Source: Hypanus sabinus (lineage: Eukaryota). From it: DNA of 64,000 bases. Of this stretch, positions 62,365 through 64,000 are shown piece by piece. The number at the start of each line of letters is the position of its first letter. Position 1 is the stretch's first letter. A program made the translations under genes and the position numbers. A model generated the notes under the pieces. The model was not told where the DNA came from and ran no database searches. It saw only the letters and a program-made list of their open reading frames with translations. The stretch is from the NCBI RefSeq assembly GCF_030144855.1, contig NW_026780455.1:372001-436000 (forward strand). Reading direction: 5' to 3'.

Positions 62365-63290
62365 TTATGGGAGCACTTTAATGCGGTCCTGACAACGCCT
62401 TGTGAACTTTGCAATGAGACTGAAGGGCGATATCACCGTCTCCTTCAACTGCACCCTGAACCTGGCCTGGACCACGGCGTAAAGGGCCGTGTTGGTGCAG
62501 CAGCTCAGAAGTTGCAGGATGTAGCCCAGCTCCCGCAGAGAACTGGGGGGCAACACGTTAATGTAAATAAACAGGCTCTCCCATGCGGAGGACACCGTCA
62601 GCAGCGCCCACAACAGGATGAAATTCCCCGACATCACCAGCAGTAACAGGAGGGATTGCCTGCGGTTCTTCATCTCCGGGTCGGCGGGCGTCTCGCCATC
62701 GCGCGAACCACGGAGTCTCCTCCGGGCACGGCTGGCCACTAAGACGTGCCTGATGGTTAAGCTGTTCAGCAACAGAACGAGGACAAAGGGGAATATTGGG
62801 GTGAGAAGGGAATGAATTAGTACAAATATGTTCTCTTGTGATTTGAAAAAACGATCAGAACGGATACAGAGCACTGTCGAAAGTATCAACGCATATGTCC
62901 CATCGAGATAAAAGTACCAGAAAATGTTCTTTACGCAGCTCGGCCCAGTCACTGTCCCCAGAACCAGAGCCGCCGCTCTCCCGGTGCAGTACTTTCGTTT
63001 CAACTTCTGTGAACAAATGGCGACAAATCGATCAAAGGTGAAAGCGACGGTGAACCAGACAGAACAGTCCGTGACGCCGTAGGATATGACAGCGTGGATA
63101 TTACACACGGGAACACGATACGACCAGCGTAAAAGCTCTCCTGGCATGTAGCTCCACGGAATCTTGCTCAATACAAGATTGAAGAGAACGACCAGCTGAT
63201 CCGCTGCTACCATGGCAACCAGGTACCTTGTGACGCCTTTGGAGAGACCGCACTTTCCCCGCGACAGGATGACTATTGTCACCACGTTCA
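62365..63290 (-). CDS. GPR139/GPR142-like GPCR, copy 3, exon 2 (intact); exon 1 not in window
   Basis: Uninterrupted frame VNVVTIVILSRGKCGL...FDRF...CCTNTALY...IKVLP*; acceptor cacacag|TG at 63291/63290. Confidence 0.88.
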
Positions 63291-63324
63291 CTGTGTGGAG
63301 GGAGGTAAAGACCATTAACACACA

Positions 63325-64000
63325 ATTAGCAACAAAGGCGAACATCCCATTTGCCTTCCTGATAGGCTGCTGCACCTGCAAACCAACCTTTTGCAATTCA
63401 AACACAAGCACTCCAAAGTCCCTCCGCACAGCAGCATACTGCAATCGTTTACCACTTAAATAATATTCCGTTCTTCCATTTGCCCTTCCCAAGTGGATCT
63501 CCTTGCATTTACCACCTTTGCTCTCCATCTGCCAGACGCTGGTACATTCGGTGAGCACATTAATATCGCTCTGCATGCTGTCAGTTTCCATCGGTGATAG
63601 ATGATGCAATGTATCCTCATGCTTTTTAACTGGTGAGATGGTGGTGGGAGTTATTTATTTGTTTAATTCAGGTAACACCATATTCTGCCATCATATTTGA
63701 CCAAACAAAATGAACGACCTGATATTGATCTATGTTGAAATTCATCTGGCTCTTCTTAGCGCAATTTCGCCCCCAATCAAAATCCCGCTGGAACATCTGA
63801 CAGCCCTCCCCACCCATTGTATAATTGGCAAATTGACGAACATATCGCTCCACTTCCTCATCCAGGTCATTTATAAAACTCACGAAGAATGGGGTGTAAG
63901 AGGCACTGCTCAACAATGCACAGTGTGACAGTCTACAACAACACGTTTCCTTCTGTGGGCAAGCTATTTTTGGCTCCACACAGCAATGTCCCCGAGGATC
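63325..64000 (-). mobile_element. CR1 RT relic abutting the exon 2 acceptor of GPCR copy 3
   Basis: ORFs 63668-63979 (FINDLDEEV...FANYT) and the N-terminus of 62365-63609 (KCKEIHLGRAN...VQQPIRKANGMFAF). Confidence 0.85.

Overview
Eukaryotic, repeat-dense vertebrate DNA, most likely a cartilaginous fish (shark or ray). That assignment is an inference from the HER1/CR1-type LINE tails and the GPCR family. There are three assembly gaps. Host genes: (1) A tandem array of three minus-strand class A GPCR paralogs of the GPR139/GPR142-like type expanded in chondrichthyans, spaced about 22-23 kb apart. Copy 1 is a pseudogene: a 46-bp deletion frameshifts it and no exon 1 was found. Copy 2 is a complete two-exon gene of 365 aa. 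Copy 3 has an intact exon 2; its exon 1 is not in the window. (2) Between copies 2 and 3 lie two plus-strand T-cell-receptor V gene segments, each with a leader exon, V exon and RAG recombination signal (RSS). By eye they resemble TRBV30, the inverted mammalian V-beta. V1 has a perfect-nonamer 23-RSS but a 1-nt frame problem. V2 has an in-frame stop. A third V unit survives only as upstream flank. No D, J or C segments were found. The rest is mobile DNA: many CR1 LINE fragments, a PNMA-gag Gypsy relic, a Gmr1-like LTR element with a perfect 4-bp TSD, nested solo LTRs, a degenerate piggyBac, a Tc1 relic, Penelope- and Rex1-like relics, and mini/microsatellites. The most notable signal is the interleaving of RSS-bearing TRBV30-like segments with a GPCR array whose extracellular loops are diversifying.
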